From Squalus acanthias (taxonomy: Eukaryota): a stretch of DNA of 64,000 nucleotides. Positions 1 to 12,169 of this stretch are shown here, one piece after another; position 1 is the stretch's first letter; each line of letters starts with the position of its first letter. The position numbers and the translations under genes were made by a program. Location: assembly GCA_030390025.1 (NCBI GenBank), contig CM059431.1, positions 115,322,001-115,386,000 on the forward strand, written 5' to 3'. Under the pieces are notes generated by a model. It saw nothing but the letters and a program-made list of their open reading frames with translations, searched no databases and was not told where the DNA came from.

Positions 1-149
1 CTGCAACTCAGGACAATCTCTTAAAGGTAACCTTCTGGTAGTACAGACTCGAGTTTCTTTTGAGTGCAGTTCCCCTGTTTTGTTGAAATAACATGACATG
101 TTTCTGTGTGTCAGATAGCTTTATTCATTTCAACGAGTCTTGTAAACAG

Positions 150-706
150 TCTGACTATTACAGCGCACTCCTGGCTGGCCTCCCATCTTCCACCCTCCAT
201 TTACTTAAACTCATTCAAAAACTCGGCTGCCCATGTCCTAACTCGCACCAAGACCCGTTCACCCATCACCCCTGTGCTCGCTGACCTACATTGGCTCCCA
301 GTTGAGGAACGGCTCGATTTTAAAATTCTCGTCCTTGTTTTCAAATCCCTCCATGGCCTCGCCCCTCCCTGTCCCTGTAGCTCCACTAGTCCTACAACCA
401 TCCTAGGTATTTGCGCTCCTCCAATTCTGGTCTCTTGCACATCCCCGATTCTAATCGCTCCACCATTTGCGGCCGTGCCTTCAACTGCCTAGGCCCTAAG
501 CTCTGGGATCCATCCCTAAACCTCTCCACCTTCCCTTTTCTCCTTTAAGATGCTCCTTAAAACCTACCTCTTTGACCAAGCCTTTGGTCACCTGTCCTGA
601 TATCTCCTTATGTGGCTCTGTGTCAAATTTTGTTTGATAACGCTCCTGTGAAGCGCCTTTGGACATTTTACTATGTTAAAGGCGCTGTATAAATACAAGT
701 TGTTGG
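150..706 (+). mobile_element. L2-clade LINE, 3' fragment
   Basis: ORF 106..492 reads PITPVLADLHWLPVEERLDFKILVLVFKSLHGLAP (L2 ORF2 C-terminus). It ends in AAAGGCGCTGTATAAATACAAGTTGTTG, the tail shared by the other L2 copies here. Confidence 0.9.
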
Positions 707-1350
707 TTTCGCTCTGAAGTTTCTCATTATTAGAAATGATCTGCTCCTGGTAATTCATGAGCACCAGCACCAAATGACAGCTGAATGAATTTCCATTTGC
801 TTCTTTAAATATTAAAAACACCGTTAAAGAAAACGTAAGTGAAGCCCACCTTTTCGGTAGGGTTTCCCAAAATCAGGGCTGGCACGCATGATCTTTGACC
901 TCGCTTTCCTCCTATCATATAACAAAGCCATCGGACTAAAGTTACCAGTTTTTAAAGTTTCAATGAAAGCAGCTGCAAAAAAAAAATCAAAATTTATGCC
1001 GTAACCACTCCACTAAATGCTATTATTTAATTGTGCATTGACACCCACACAAGTGCCTAGTAGTGTCTTGAAGCATTGTTTTGCCAAATTTATTTGGTGG
1101 CTGGAAATGCTGCTTTGTGGTGCCAAACCAATATAAATTTTCCATTTATGTCTAGTACCAGCACACTTTAGTTTCCAGTGCATCTACATTTTATTCAGGA
1201 TGTAAAGGAGGAAATGTCTTCCTGATGAATTGCAATTTAAGAGGCCATTTTCTCCCAACGATGAAAGGATGTGGAGCAATAGCTTAAAAAAAGGCACTAA
1301 AAAGTCACAATAGTATCACATCCAAATGATGCAATAATGGGGCCGGTTTT

Positions 1351-3342
1351 CATAAGAACATAAGGACATAAGAATTAGGAGCAGGAGTAGGCCATACGGC
1401 CCCTCGAGCCTGCTCCGCCATTCAATAAGATCATGGCTGATCTTCGACCTCAACTCCACTTTCCTGCCCTATCCCCGTATCCCTTGATTCCCCTAGGGTC
1501 CAAAAATCTATCGATCTCAGCCTTGAATATACACAACGACTCTCAGCATCCACAGCCATTTGGGGCAGAGAATTCCAAAGATTCACAGCCCTTGTAATGG
1601 AATAGCCATATTTCAGAAAAATACACCATTCTATGAACAGAATTCTGATTTTATTAAAACATGACAAACTGGGTTTAAAAATCTAAAAGCCTCAACGACA
1701 CAAGCTGTGAATACAGGCTTCTGAGATAAGATGAGTCACGAAGTTGTAAACACCATACAAGCTTTTGAAATGGGAAATGGTTGTAAATACTAAGACAATG
1801 GCCTCATTGAAACGGAGGGTTGTAGGTTCCAAGGAGTCTGCAGTTTGGAACCAACACAATAGCTATACCCAGTTTAAAGTGTTAAAAGCTAACACGTCAA
1901 ACAGAAACACAGACATTAAAAAACCATGTGCCTTTGTAAAAGTAACATCAAATGAAACAGGAAACACGATTATATGTATAACCAACTAAGATGGCTAGGA
2001 AAACAAACACCCTGGTTGAAGTGGTTTTGATTTACATATTGTAAAAGGTACAAACAGAACACTTTGAAAATATTACATCAATAGATGACACCAAGCAATC
2101 ACATTGTGTTTGTATTAAAAATGGAATAGTTTGGAGACACAATGTCTGCTAATAACCAGTTAAGCCAATATTAAGAATTGAATGGAAGACCTTCGATAAG
2201 AATGGCATCAAAGAGATAAATCTGTTGTAGCCATTTTATGATAGGTTTTGAAACACCTATACAGCAGACAGGATTCTGCAAGCTAACAGCTGAATTAACA
2301 GTAAGAATAGAAAGAAGTCAACAGAGGTATGGCTAGAGATAATTAGCTTACATCAGCAGAAAAACTCAAAGAATATGCTACTGCAAAAAGAGTATAAAAT
2401 AGAGCTTTTCAGATAGAAAGTCAGAAGTTGCTGGAAAGGCAAGCAATTCTCAACTTCAGAGGCAGGCTCTGTAAGTTTTTAACCCTTTGAGTCTTGGGTA
2501 ATCAAGGTATTTGATTTTGGTGGATATTCTGGATTAAGAATAAGTAGAAGTGTGGAAATGTAATGAAGTTAAGATTTGAGAATAAGGATCTCTGATAAGA
2601 AATGTAAGCTATTTGTATTTTGAACTGTTAAAGTTGCGATTGAATCAACAGCTGTTAGCTGAATGTCGGTTCTTTAATAAATCTATATATTTTTAGAATT
2701 ATCTCACAGAGTAATTTTGTATCAACCTCGCAAACTCAATTTCTGTACACTCTTTTGTAAGGAGTTGCAGAATTCTGGGGGGTTTTCCGGACCCTCATAA
2801 TATCTGGAAGGTTATAGTCTAGTTAAACTTGTTAAAAGTGCTATCTGGAGGATGGTAACATCTTCAGGTCGTTTCTTTCCTTTAGGGAGGGGTAGTCTGA
2901 CCTTTAGACCCAATTAAGTGTCTTATAGGATTCGGCTACCGCTAACTTTAGTTGAAGGTGAACGTCTGGGGAATACGTCTGATCTGGGGTAGCCCGAGAA
3001 GGGCTAGGACTTGTAATTATCCCTTCACCCTCTGAGTGAAGAAATTCCTCCTCATCTCAGTCTTAAATAGCCGACCCCTTATCCTGAGACAATGCCCCCT
3101 AGTTCTAGACTCTTCAGCCAGGGGAAACAACCTCTCAGCATCTACCTTGTTAATCCCCCTCAGAATCTTATATGTTTCAATGAGATCACCTCTCATTCTT
3201 CTAAACTCCAGCGAGTATAGGCCCAATTTACTCAATCTCTCCTCCTAGGACAACCCTCTCATCCCAGGAATCAATCTAGTGAACCTTCGTTAGACTGCCT
3301 CTAAGGCATGTATGTGGTTTCTCAGATAAGGAGACCAAAACT
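1351..3342 (-). mobile_element. CR1 (HER1-like) LINE 3' fragment, pieces 1351-1592 and 3028-3342, interrupted by a solo LTR
   Basis: (CATAAGAA)n tail. ORF 3017..3235 reads LGLYSLEFRRMRGDLIETYKIL. The two halves join to match the uninterrupted copy at 6481-6540. Confidence 0.92.
1593..3027 (+). mobile_element. Solo LTR, 1435 bp (ERV or Gypsy)
   Basis: Begins TGTAATGG, ends CCCTTCA, with exact CCCT TSD (1589-1592, 3028-3031). TATAAAA at 2393, GTAAGT at 2471, AATAAA at 2676. Confidence 0.85.
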
Positions 3343-3989
3343 TACAACTTTCAACTGCTGCCCGCCTGAGAAATAGGCAGCCAGCGGTTGAAAATCACAG
3401 GAGAGGCGACCCTTGGAAGCCCAAGGACCCAGGCCTGTAAGTGGGCAAACAATGTGCCTGCCTGTTTTGGGTGGGGGTACTGTTTAAATTTGTAAATATG
3501 GGTTCTACATTGTTGTAGGACTCTGATTGGGACTTTAGAAGCGTAAATGGGTGGAGCGTGCACCATGCTCACTGTGCCCATTTGTACCAGGCAGTGAGCT
3601 GCTTAACCAGTCGTTCTTAAAGGAACCCCTGGAGGTCGCTCCATATAAGGGCCACAAACTTTATTTTTGATTGTTGTGGGGCCACCAGGATCTAGAGTGC
3701 TCCTTCTGGCTCCATAAACATATATGGCCTACTGCTGGCCCATGCTCAGCCCCCTCTGAGATCAGCTCAACCCCCTCCCCCCAACCCAACCCCACCAGGT
3801 CCAACCTTTCCCATTTTCCCACAACTAGTGAGCTGGAGCGGGGCACAGAAGCTCACAAGCAGCACTCAAATTCACCTGAAAATGGTTTGGAACTCCCAAC
3901 ATGGGGTTCAGGCGAGCAGCGCCGTCACTCCGCTGACTTCATGCCTATTTTGGGCAGAAGACAAAAATCCCCCCAATTTATTTGAATAC

Positions 3990-4795
3990 AATTTATTTAT
4001 TTTTTATTCATTCTTGGGATGTGGGTGTCTCTGGCAAGGCTGGCATTTATTGCCCATCCCTAGATGCCCTTGAGAATGTGGTGGTGGGCCTTCTTCTAAT
4101 TCAGCTTCTGCAGTTCATGTGGTGAAGGTGCTCCCACAATGCTGTTAGATAGGGAGTTCCAGGATTTTGACCCAGTGATGATGAATGAACGGTGATAGAT
4201 GTCCAATTCAGGATTGAGTGTGACTTGGATGTACTACATCTGTTGCCCATGTCCTTCTAAATGATAGAGGTCGCGGGTTAGGGAGATGCTGTCTAAGAAG
4301 CCTTGGTGAGTTCCTGCAGTGCATCTTGTAGATAGGACACACTGCAGCCATGGCACACTGGTGGTGGATGTTTAGGCTAGTGGATGAGGTGATCAAGCAG
4401 ACTGCTTCGTGCTGGATGGTGTTGAGCTTCCTGAGTGTTTTTGCAGCTGCGTCCATCCAGGCGAGTGGAGAGCATTCCATCACACTCCTGACTTGTGCCT
4501 TGTAGCTGACGGAGAGGCTTTGGGGAGTCAGGAGGTGAGCCACTCACTGCAGAATACCCAGCCTCTGACCTGCTCCAGTAGCCACGTCATTTATATGGCT
4601 GGTCCAGTTGAGTTTCTGGTTAATGGTGACTCCCAGGATGTGGGGGACTCGGCGATGATAATGCCATTGAATATCAAAGGTAAGTGGTTAGGCTCTCTCT
4701 TGTTGGAGATGGTCATTGCCTGGTACTTGTGTGGCGCAAATGTTACTTGTTACTTATCAGCCTGAGCCTGGATGTTTCCAGGTCGAGCTGCAGGC
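3990..4795 (-). mobile_element. CR1/L2-group LINE 3' fragment (family with GGGCAATAAATGCTGGCC tail)
   Basis: ORF 4208..4543 reads YKAQVRSVMECSPLAW...LNTIQ, an RT C-terminus. It is the reverse-complement homologue of 42640-43200. Confidence 0.85.
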
Positions 4796-5812
4796 AAGTC
4801 ATCAAATTACACGTTTTGAAATAAATCATCAAAAAAAAAGTGCCGAGTGCTTTTTCATGAAGGTGGTGTAGTGCCACTAAACCTTCATTACCACACCTGA
4901 CAACTTGAATAACTAAAGGGAAAGCGAGGTGCTGTGATGAGAGTTGTGATACATTTTGTAAGCCAGAGGTACAAGATGGTGCTCCTCGGTCTACCTCCAG
5001 ATCTTTTCAAACATGCAAAGATTTCAATTGGTCTGATTCATGCAAAATGATTAATCTCACATTTTCTTTTTATTTGTAATGTGTTATTTACAGCTGCCAT
5101 CATGACTTGTACCTAAAAACTGCTCTTCTCTCACTGGAGTTTGCCTTGCATTCTGTGCTTAAGGAATCCATTAACACATTGCTGCTCTAATATTGTTGGC
5201 ATGTGAAAATGGTAATGGACCTCAGAGAGATACATTTATGGATTTCACTAATATTTAATTATATTCCTTTGATGTATAACAACAAAATGGATAGAACCTT
5301 TATCTCTCTATTTTGTGTATCTACTGTTATGTAGTTGGCTTAATTATCCGCAAGTAGTTTGGTGTGAATTGGGTTGATTTTTTTTGTCAGCATCAACATC
5401 CTTACATTTTACCAAATGTTAAAGAAACGGTTAAAAAGTATTCAGAACAGCCAACCCCTGAAGATGGTGAAACAGCTGCGCTAAACTGCTGTGAACCGAT
5501 CTAAAATATTCAATGGATACAAGTTAATTAAATCTTATTTAACAAAAAAACCATATCTTGCGTTTAGTGGCTCACAAAAGTACCTCACAGCTACTAATGT
5601 TTACTCAAATGAAATGAGAGTTTGGACATTCTCTGACAGGGGCGGTTCAAAGGGCAATTTTCCTGATGGGAGAGGTTCCAAGCCTCTCTTCCCCCATTTG
5701 CTCCCACCCCTCGCTCGCCTCCCTCCCCCAACTCGCCTCCTTCCCTCACCTGCCTCTCTTCCCCCCCCCCCTCCCTGACAAGCTAACAGTTTTTCATAAT
5801 TTTATAAGTATA

Positions 5813-5948
5813 AAATAGTATATAATTTATTATACTGTTAAATTATGTATAATTGATTAAACAGTTAAAATAGTATATAATTTATGATACAGTTAAAATA
5901 GTATATAATTTATGATACAGTTGAATATATATAATTTATTATACAGTT
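5813..5948. repeat. AT-rich minisatellite, ~28-bp unit, ~5 copies
   Basis: Repeated AAAATAGTATATAATTTATGATACAGTT. Confidence 0.85.
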
Positions 5949-8058
5949 GGAATTTGTATCCAATACATCACATAAATTGATAGTTTTCCAACATTTCACA
6001 AATTCCTATGTCCAAGAAAATGCAATCTTAAAAAATGCGACACATTCTTAAAATCTGGAAAATAGCTGATACAAATCTGGATCATGGAAAAGCTTTTATA
6101 CCTGACTGTCCCAATTAAATCTGAATAGTTGGCAGGTATGTTATCTGGATCAGACAAACGGATACCAGAGGCACTCCAGCAGATTCTTTCCACTCAGTCT
6201 GTATAGACATTTTTTTTTTGCAAAAACAACCTGCCTGTGTAATTGTTGCTTTGAAAACAGAAGAAATATATTTATTGAAAGTGTAAAAACATAAGAACAT
6301 AAGAATTAGGAGCAGGAGTAGGCCCTACGGCCCCTCGAGCCTGCGCCGCCATTCAATAAGATCATGGCTGATCGTCGACCTCAACTCCACTTTCCCGCCC
6401 GATCTCCATAACCCTTGATTCCCCTAGAGTCCAAAAATCTATCTCAGCCTTGAAGATACTCAATGATTCAGCATTCACAGCCCTTTGGGGTAGAGAATTC
6501 CAAAGATTCACAGCCCTCTGAGTGAAGAAATTCCTCCTCATCTCAGTCTTAAATTTCCGACCTCTTATCCTGAGACTATGCCCTCAGGTTCTAGACACTC
6601 CAGCCAGGGGAAACAACCTCTCAGAATCTACCCTGTCAATCCCCTTCAGAATCTTATATGTTTCAATGAGATCACCTCTCATTCTTCTAAACTCCAGAGA
6701 GTATAGGCCCAATCTACTCAATCTCTCCTCATAGGACAACCCTCTCATCCCAGGAATCAATCTAGTGAACCTTCGTTGCACCGCTTCTAAGGCAAGTATA
6801 TCCTTTCTCAGATAAGGAGACCAAAACTGTGCACAGTACTCCAGGTGTGGTCTCACCAAAGCCCTGTACAATTGCATCAATACTTCCTTACTGTTGTACT
6901 TCAACACCCTTGCAATAAAGGCCAACATGCCAGTTGCCTTCCTAATTGCTTGCTGTCGCTGCATGCTAACTCTCTGTGTTTCCTGTACGAGGAGACCTAA
7001 ATCTCTCTGAACATCAACATTTAAAAGTTTCTCACCATTTAAAAAATATTCTGTTTTGCTATTCTTCCTACCAAAGTGAATAACCTCACATTTCCCCACA
7101 TTATTCTCCATCTGCCACCTTATTGCCCACTCACTTAACCTATCTATATCCCTTTTCACAGCTTACTTTCCCACATAGCTTTGTATCGTCAGCAAACTTG
7201 GATACATTACACTTGGTCCCTTCATCTAAGTCATTAATATAAATTGTAAATAGCTGAGGCCCAAGCACTGATCCTTGTGGCACCGCACTAGTTACAGCCT
7301 GCCAGCCTAAAAATGACTCGTTTATCCCTACTCTCTATTTTCTATCTGTTAACCAAGCCTCTATCCATGCTAATATTTTACCCCCAACCAGATGATCTGA
7401 CATTGTTAACGATTCTCTCTCCTCAGGTACTGTCTCCAACTCCCTCAAATCTGCCGTTATCACCCCCTCCTCAAAAAATCAACCCTTGATCTCTCCGTCC
7501 TTGTAAACTACCACCCCATCTCCAACCTCCCTTTCCTCTCCAAAGTCCTTGAACGTGTTCTTGCCTCCCAAATCCGTGCCCATCTTTCCCGCAACTCCAT
7601 GTTTGAATCCCTCCAATCAGGTTTCCGCCCCTGTCACAGTACCGAAACGGCTCTCATCAAAGTCACAAATGACATCTTTTGTGACTGTGACAAAGATAAA
7701 CTCTCCTTCCTCATCCTTCTTGACTTGTCTGCAGCCTTTGATCTGGTTGACCACTCCATCCTCCTCCAATGCCTCTCCACCGTCGTCCAGCTGGGTGGGA
7801 CTGCACTTGCCTGGTTCCATTCTTACATATCTAATCGTAACCAGAGAATCACCTTTAATGGCTTGGCTTCCCACTCCTGTATCGTTACTTCTGGAGTCCC
7901 CCAAGGATCTATCGTTGGCCCCCTCCTATTTCTCATTTACATGCTGCCCCTTGATGACATCATCTGAAAACACAGCATCAGTTTCCAAATATACGCTGAC
8001 GGCGCCCAGCACTACCTCACCACCACTTCTCTTGACCCCTCCACGGTCTCTAAATTGT

Positions 8059-9140
8059 CATAAGAACATAAGAACATAAGAAATAGGAGCAGGATTAGGC
8101 CACTTGGCCCCTCGAGCTTGCTCCGCCATTCAATAAGATCATGGCTGATCTTGGGCTCAAAGCCACTTCCCCGCCTGCTCCCCGTAACCCTTCACTCCCT
8201 TATCTTGCAAAAATCTGTCTATCTCCACCTTAAATGTATTTAATGACCCAGCCTCCACAGCTCTCTGGGGCAGAGAATTCCACAGATTTACGACCCTCTG
8301 AGAGAAGAAATTCCTCCTCATCTCAGTTCTAAAAGGGCGACCCTTTATTCTGAAACTATGCCCCCGAGTTCTAGATTTCCCCATGAGGGGAAACATCCTC
8401 TCTGCATCTACCTTGTCAAGCCCCCTCAGTATCTTATATGTTTCAATAAGATCGCCTCTCATTCTTCTAAATTCCAATGAGTATAGGCCCAGCCTGCTCA
8501 ACCTTTCCTCATAAGTCAACCCCCTCATCTCTGGAATTAACCTTGTGAATCGTCTCTGAACTGCCTCCAATGCAAGTATATCCTTCCTTAAATAAGGAGA
8601 CCAAAACTATATGCAGTACTCAAGGTGTGGTCTCACCAATACCCTGTACAGTTGTAGCAGGACTTCCCTGTTTCTATACTCCAACCCCCTTGAAATAAAG
8701 GCCAACATTCCATTTGCCTTTTGGATTACTTAATCTAAGGATATAATCTAAGGATAAGGGGTAAGCCATTTAGGACAGAAATCAGGAAGAATTTCTTCAC
8801 CCAGAGAGTGGTGAACCTATGGAATTCTCTACCACAGAAGGTAGTTGAGGCCAAGTCATTAAATATATTCAAGAATGAGTTAGATATATTTCTTAAAGCT
8901 AAAGGTATCAAGGGATATGGGGAGAAGGCAGGTACAGTGTACTGAGTTTGGATGATCAGCCATGATCTCATCGAATGGCGGAGCAGGCTCGAGGGGCCGA
9001 ATGGCCTACTCCTGCTCCTATCTTCTATGTTTCTATGTTTCTATGCTGTACCTGCATGCTAACTTTTTATGTTTCATGCACAAGGACCCCCAGGTCCCTC
9101 TGAACTGTAGCATTTTGTAATCTCTCTCCATTTAAATAAT
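8059..9140 (-). mobile_element. CR1 LINE 3' fragment, pieces 8059-8731 and 9046-9140
   Basis: ORF 8157..8570. Nearly identical to the opposite-strand copy at 46340-47782. Confidence 0.92.
8732..9045 (+). mobile_element. CR1 LINE 3' fragment nested in the previous CR1
   Basis: RIRGKPFRTEIRKNFFTQRVVNLWNSLP coding. (TTTCTATG)n tail and a 13-bp TAATCTAAGGATA duplication at the 5' junction. Confidence 0.88.
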
Positions 9141-10402
9141 GAGAAGTCGCACAACACCAGGTTATAGTCCAACAGCGTTATTTGAAATCACAAGCTTTCG
9201 GAGCGCTGGTCCTTCGTCAGGTGAAGTGAAGAAATACAAATGGGCACAGCATATATAGACAGAGAACAATGCCTGTGCAGAGAACAATGCCAGATGACTA
9301 CAGTTAATCTTTCTAACTGCCCTTTATCACACCTCAGCAGAGAGACAATCACGGCAATCAAATCCAACCAGGTCAGTCAGGAAGACATTACATCAAAGAT
9401 GATAGCAAAATACATCAAAAACAATGAGGTGGGGTCACAGGGGATCTAATGTGTCAGATGCTGCAGTCTGTATGGAAAACCAAAAACTTTAAACTTTTTA
9501 CTTTTTTTGCTGGAAATCACAGCAGGTCTGGCCGCATCTGTGAACACGCCAACGACGACTCGAGTCTGGATGACTCTACGTCAGGTGGGGGTTACATGTA
9601 GCGTGACATGAACCCAAGATCCCGGTTGAGGCCGTCTTCATGGGTGCGGAACTTGGCTATCAGTTTCTGCTCGATGATTTTGCGTTGTCGTGTGTCTCGA
9701 AGGCCGCCTTGGAGAACGCTTACCCGAAGATCGGAGGCTGAATGTCCTTGACTGCTGAAGTGTTCCCCGACTGGGAGGGAACACTCCTGCCTGGCGATTG
9801 TTGCGTGGTGTCCGTTCATACGTTGTCGCAGTGTCTGCATGGTCTCGCTGATGTACCATGCTCCGGGGCATCCTTTCCTGCAACGCATGAGGTAGACAAC
9901 GTTGGCCGAGTCACATGAGTATGTACCATGTACCTGGTGGGTAGTGTCCTCACGTGTGATGATGGTATCTGTGTTGATGATCTGGCATGTCTTGCAGAGG
10001 TTGCCGTGGCAGGGTTGTGTGGTGTCGTGGTCGCTGTTCTCCTGAAAACTGGGTAATTTGCTGCGAACGATGGTACTTTTGAGGTTAGGCGGCTGTTTGA
10101 AGGCGAGTAGTGGAGGCGTGGGGATGGCCTTAGTGAGGTGTTCGTCGTCATCGATGACATGTTGAAGGCTGCAAAGAACATGGCGTAGTTTCTCTGCTCC
10201 GGGGAAGTACTGGACGACGTAGGGTACTCTGTTGGTTGTGTCCCGTGTTCGTCTTCTGAGGAGGCCTATGCGATTTTTCGCTGTGGCCCGTCGGAACTGT
10301 CGATTGACGAGTCGAGCGTCATATCCTGTTCTTACGAGGGCGTCTTTCAGCGTCCGTAGGTGTCCATCTCTTTCCTCCTCGTCTGAGCAGATCCTGTCGC
10401 GA
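9141..10402 (-). mobile_element. Penelope-like element, 3' part (RT thumb/linker + GIY-YIG endonuclease + pseudo-LTR)
   Basis: ORF 9592..9888 RC..C...WYISETMQTLRQRMNGH...PVGEHF...EQKLIAKFRTHEDGLN is a Penelope-type GIY-YIG domain. The terminal repeat carries a hammerhead motif. Confidence 0.92.
9188..9224 (-). ncRNA. Minimal type I hammerhead ribozyme motif in a Penelope terminal repeat
   Basis: Minus strand reads TCAC-CTGACGA-A-GGA(CCAGCGC)TCC-GAAA-GC-TT-GTGA. Confidence 0.75.
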
Positions 10403-10407
10403 CACTA

Positions 10408-10706
10408 CACCTTTAGTAGCTCCGAACTCTCGCGCTCTCCTGGACTCTCGCTCACCTTTAGTAGCTCCGAACTCTCGCGCTCTCCTGGACTCTCGCTCAC
10501 CTTTATTAGCTCCGAACTCTCGCGCTCTCCTGGGCTCCCGCTCACCTTTATTAGCTCCGAACTCTCGCGCTCTCCTGGGCTCCCACTCACCTTTAGTAGC
10601 TCCGAACTCTCACGCTCTCCTGGGCTCTCGCTCACCTTTAGTAGCTCTGAACTCTCGTGGTCTCCTGGGCTCCCGTTCACCTTTAGGAGTGCCAAACTCT
10701 CGCGTT
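10408..10706. repeat. 45-bp minisatellite, ~6.6 copies
   Basis: Unit CACCTTTAGTAGCTCCGAACTCTCGCGCTCTCCTGGACTCTCGCT gives the 15-aa periodicity in ORFs 10232..10714 and 10405..10695. Confidence 0.95.
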
Positions 10707-12169
10707 CAGGATGAGCAGAAATTTTCTACAATTAAATATTGGGAAAACTGAAGCCACTGTTTTCGGTCCCTACCACAAACTCTGTTCCCTAGCCATTGAC
10801 TTTATCCCTCTCCCTAACATCTGTCTGAGGCTGAACCACACTGTTTGCAACCATGGTGTCATATTTGACCCTGAAATAAGCTTCTGACCACATATCCGCA
10901 CCATAACTAAGACCACCTATTTCCACCACTCTAACATCGCCCGTCTCCGCCCTTGCCTCAGCTCATCCGCTGCTGAAACCCTCATCCATGCCTTTGTTAC
11001 CTCTAGACTTGACTATTCCAACGCTCTCCTGGCTGGCCTCACACGTTCAACCCGACGTAAACTTGAGGTCTTCCAAAACTTGGCTGCTTGTGTCCTAAAT
11101 CGCACCAAGTCCTGTTCACCCATCACCTCTGTGCTAGCTGACCTACATTGGTTACCAGTTAAGCAATGCTTCGATTTCAAAATTCTCATCCGTGTTTTGA
11201 AATCCCTCCATGGCTTCGCCCCTCCCTATCTCTGTAATCTCCTCCAACCCCACAACTCCCCGAGATATCTGCGCTCCTCTAATTCTGCCCTCTTGAGCAT
11301 CCCTGATTATAATCACTCAACCATCGGTGGCTGTGCCTTCTATTGCCTAGGCCCTAAGCTCTGGAATTCCCTCCCTAAACCTCTCTGCCTCTCTACCTCT
11401 CTTTCCTCCTTTAAGACGCTCCTTAAAACTTATCTCTTTGACCAACTGCCCTAATTTCTCCTTATGTGGCTTGGTGTCAAATGTTTTATTTTATAATACT
11501 CCTGTGAAGTGCCTTGGGACATTTTACTATGATAAAGGCGCTATATAAAAAAAAATTGTTGTTGTTGTTGTTATCCTGTGTAACAACCCCTTTTATGTGG
11601 CACCTTATGGAATACCTTTTGGAAATCCAAATATGCTACATCTACTGGTTCCCCTTTATTTAGCCTGTTGGTTACTTCCTCAAAAAACTCTAATAAATTT
11701 GTTAAACACGATTTCCCTTTCATAAAACCATGTTGACTCTGCCTCATCATATTATGATTTTCTAAGTGCCCTGTTACCACTTCCTTATTAACGGATTCCA
11801 GCATTTTCCCGATAACTGATGTCAGGCTAACTGGCCTGTTGTTCCCTGTTTTCTCTCTCCCTCCTTTCTTGAATAGTGGAGTTACATTTGCTACCTTCCA
11901 ATCCGCTGGGACCGTTCTAGAATCTAGGGAATTGTGGAAAATCACAACCAATGCATCCACTATCTCTGCAGCCACCTCTTTTATAACCCTAGGATATAGG
12001 CCATCAGGTTCAGGGGATTTGTCGGCTTTTAGTCCCATTAGTTTCTCAATACTTTTTCTCTACTGATCTTAATTACTTTAAGTTCCTTCCTCTCATTAGC
12101 CCCTTGGTTCCCCACTATTTTTGAAATGCTTTTTGTGTCTTCTACTGTGAAGACATATACAAAATATTT

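Larger units (their letters stand above)
1339..3974. mobile_element. Non-autonomous DNA transposon (Harbinger-like MITE), split by a CR1 insertion
   Basis: GGGGCCGGTTTTCA at 1339 resumes as TTTCAACTGCTGCCCGCC at ~3349 and ends AAAAATCCCCCC at 3974. AAT lies on both sides (1336-1338, 3975-3977). Confidence 0.6.
7395..11571 (+). mobile_element. L2 LINE, pieces 7395-8060 and 10709-11571
   Basis: QSGFRPCHSTETALIKVTND, LLDLSAAFDLVDH and GVPQGSIVGPLLF (ORF 7599..7967). C-terminal ORF 11080..11454 and (TGT)n tail. Confidence 0.92.

Noticed and set aside
1593..2300. Vestigial viral accessory ORF in the LTR U3
   Set aside because: Multiple stops in the frames examined and no recognisable motif.
6103..6199. 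Minus-strand exon candidate (ICWSASGIRLSDPDNIPANYSDLIGTV)
   Set aside because: A-rich poor acceptor, weak donor, an in-frame stop right after the acceptor, and an unrecognised peptide.
10408..10706. CRISPR-like array
   Set aside because: Units are head-to-tail with no unique spacers, the context is eukaryotic, and there are no cas genes.
10232..10714. Repeat-protein ORFs on both strands (SSELSRSPG / SPGERESSELLKV)
   Set aside because: By-product of a stop-free 45-bp minisatellite fused to antisense Penelope sequence. No gene context.
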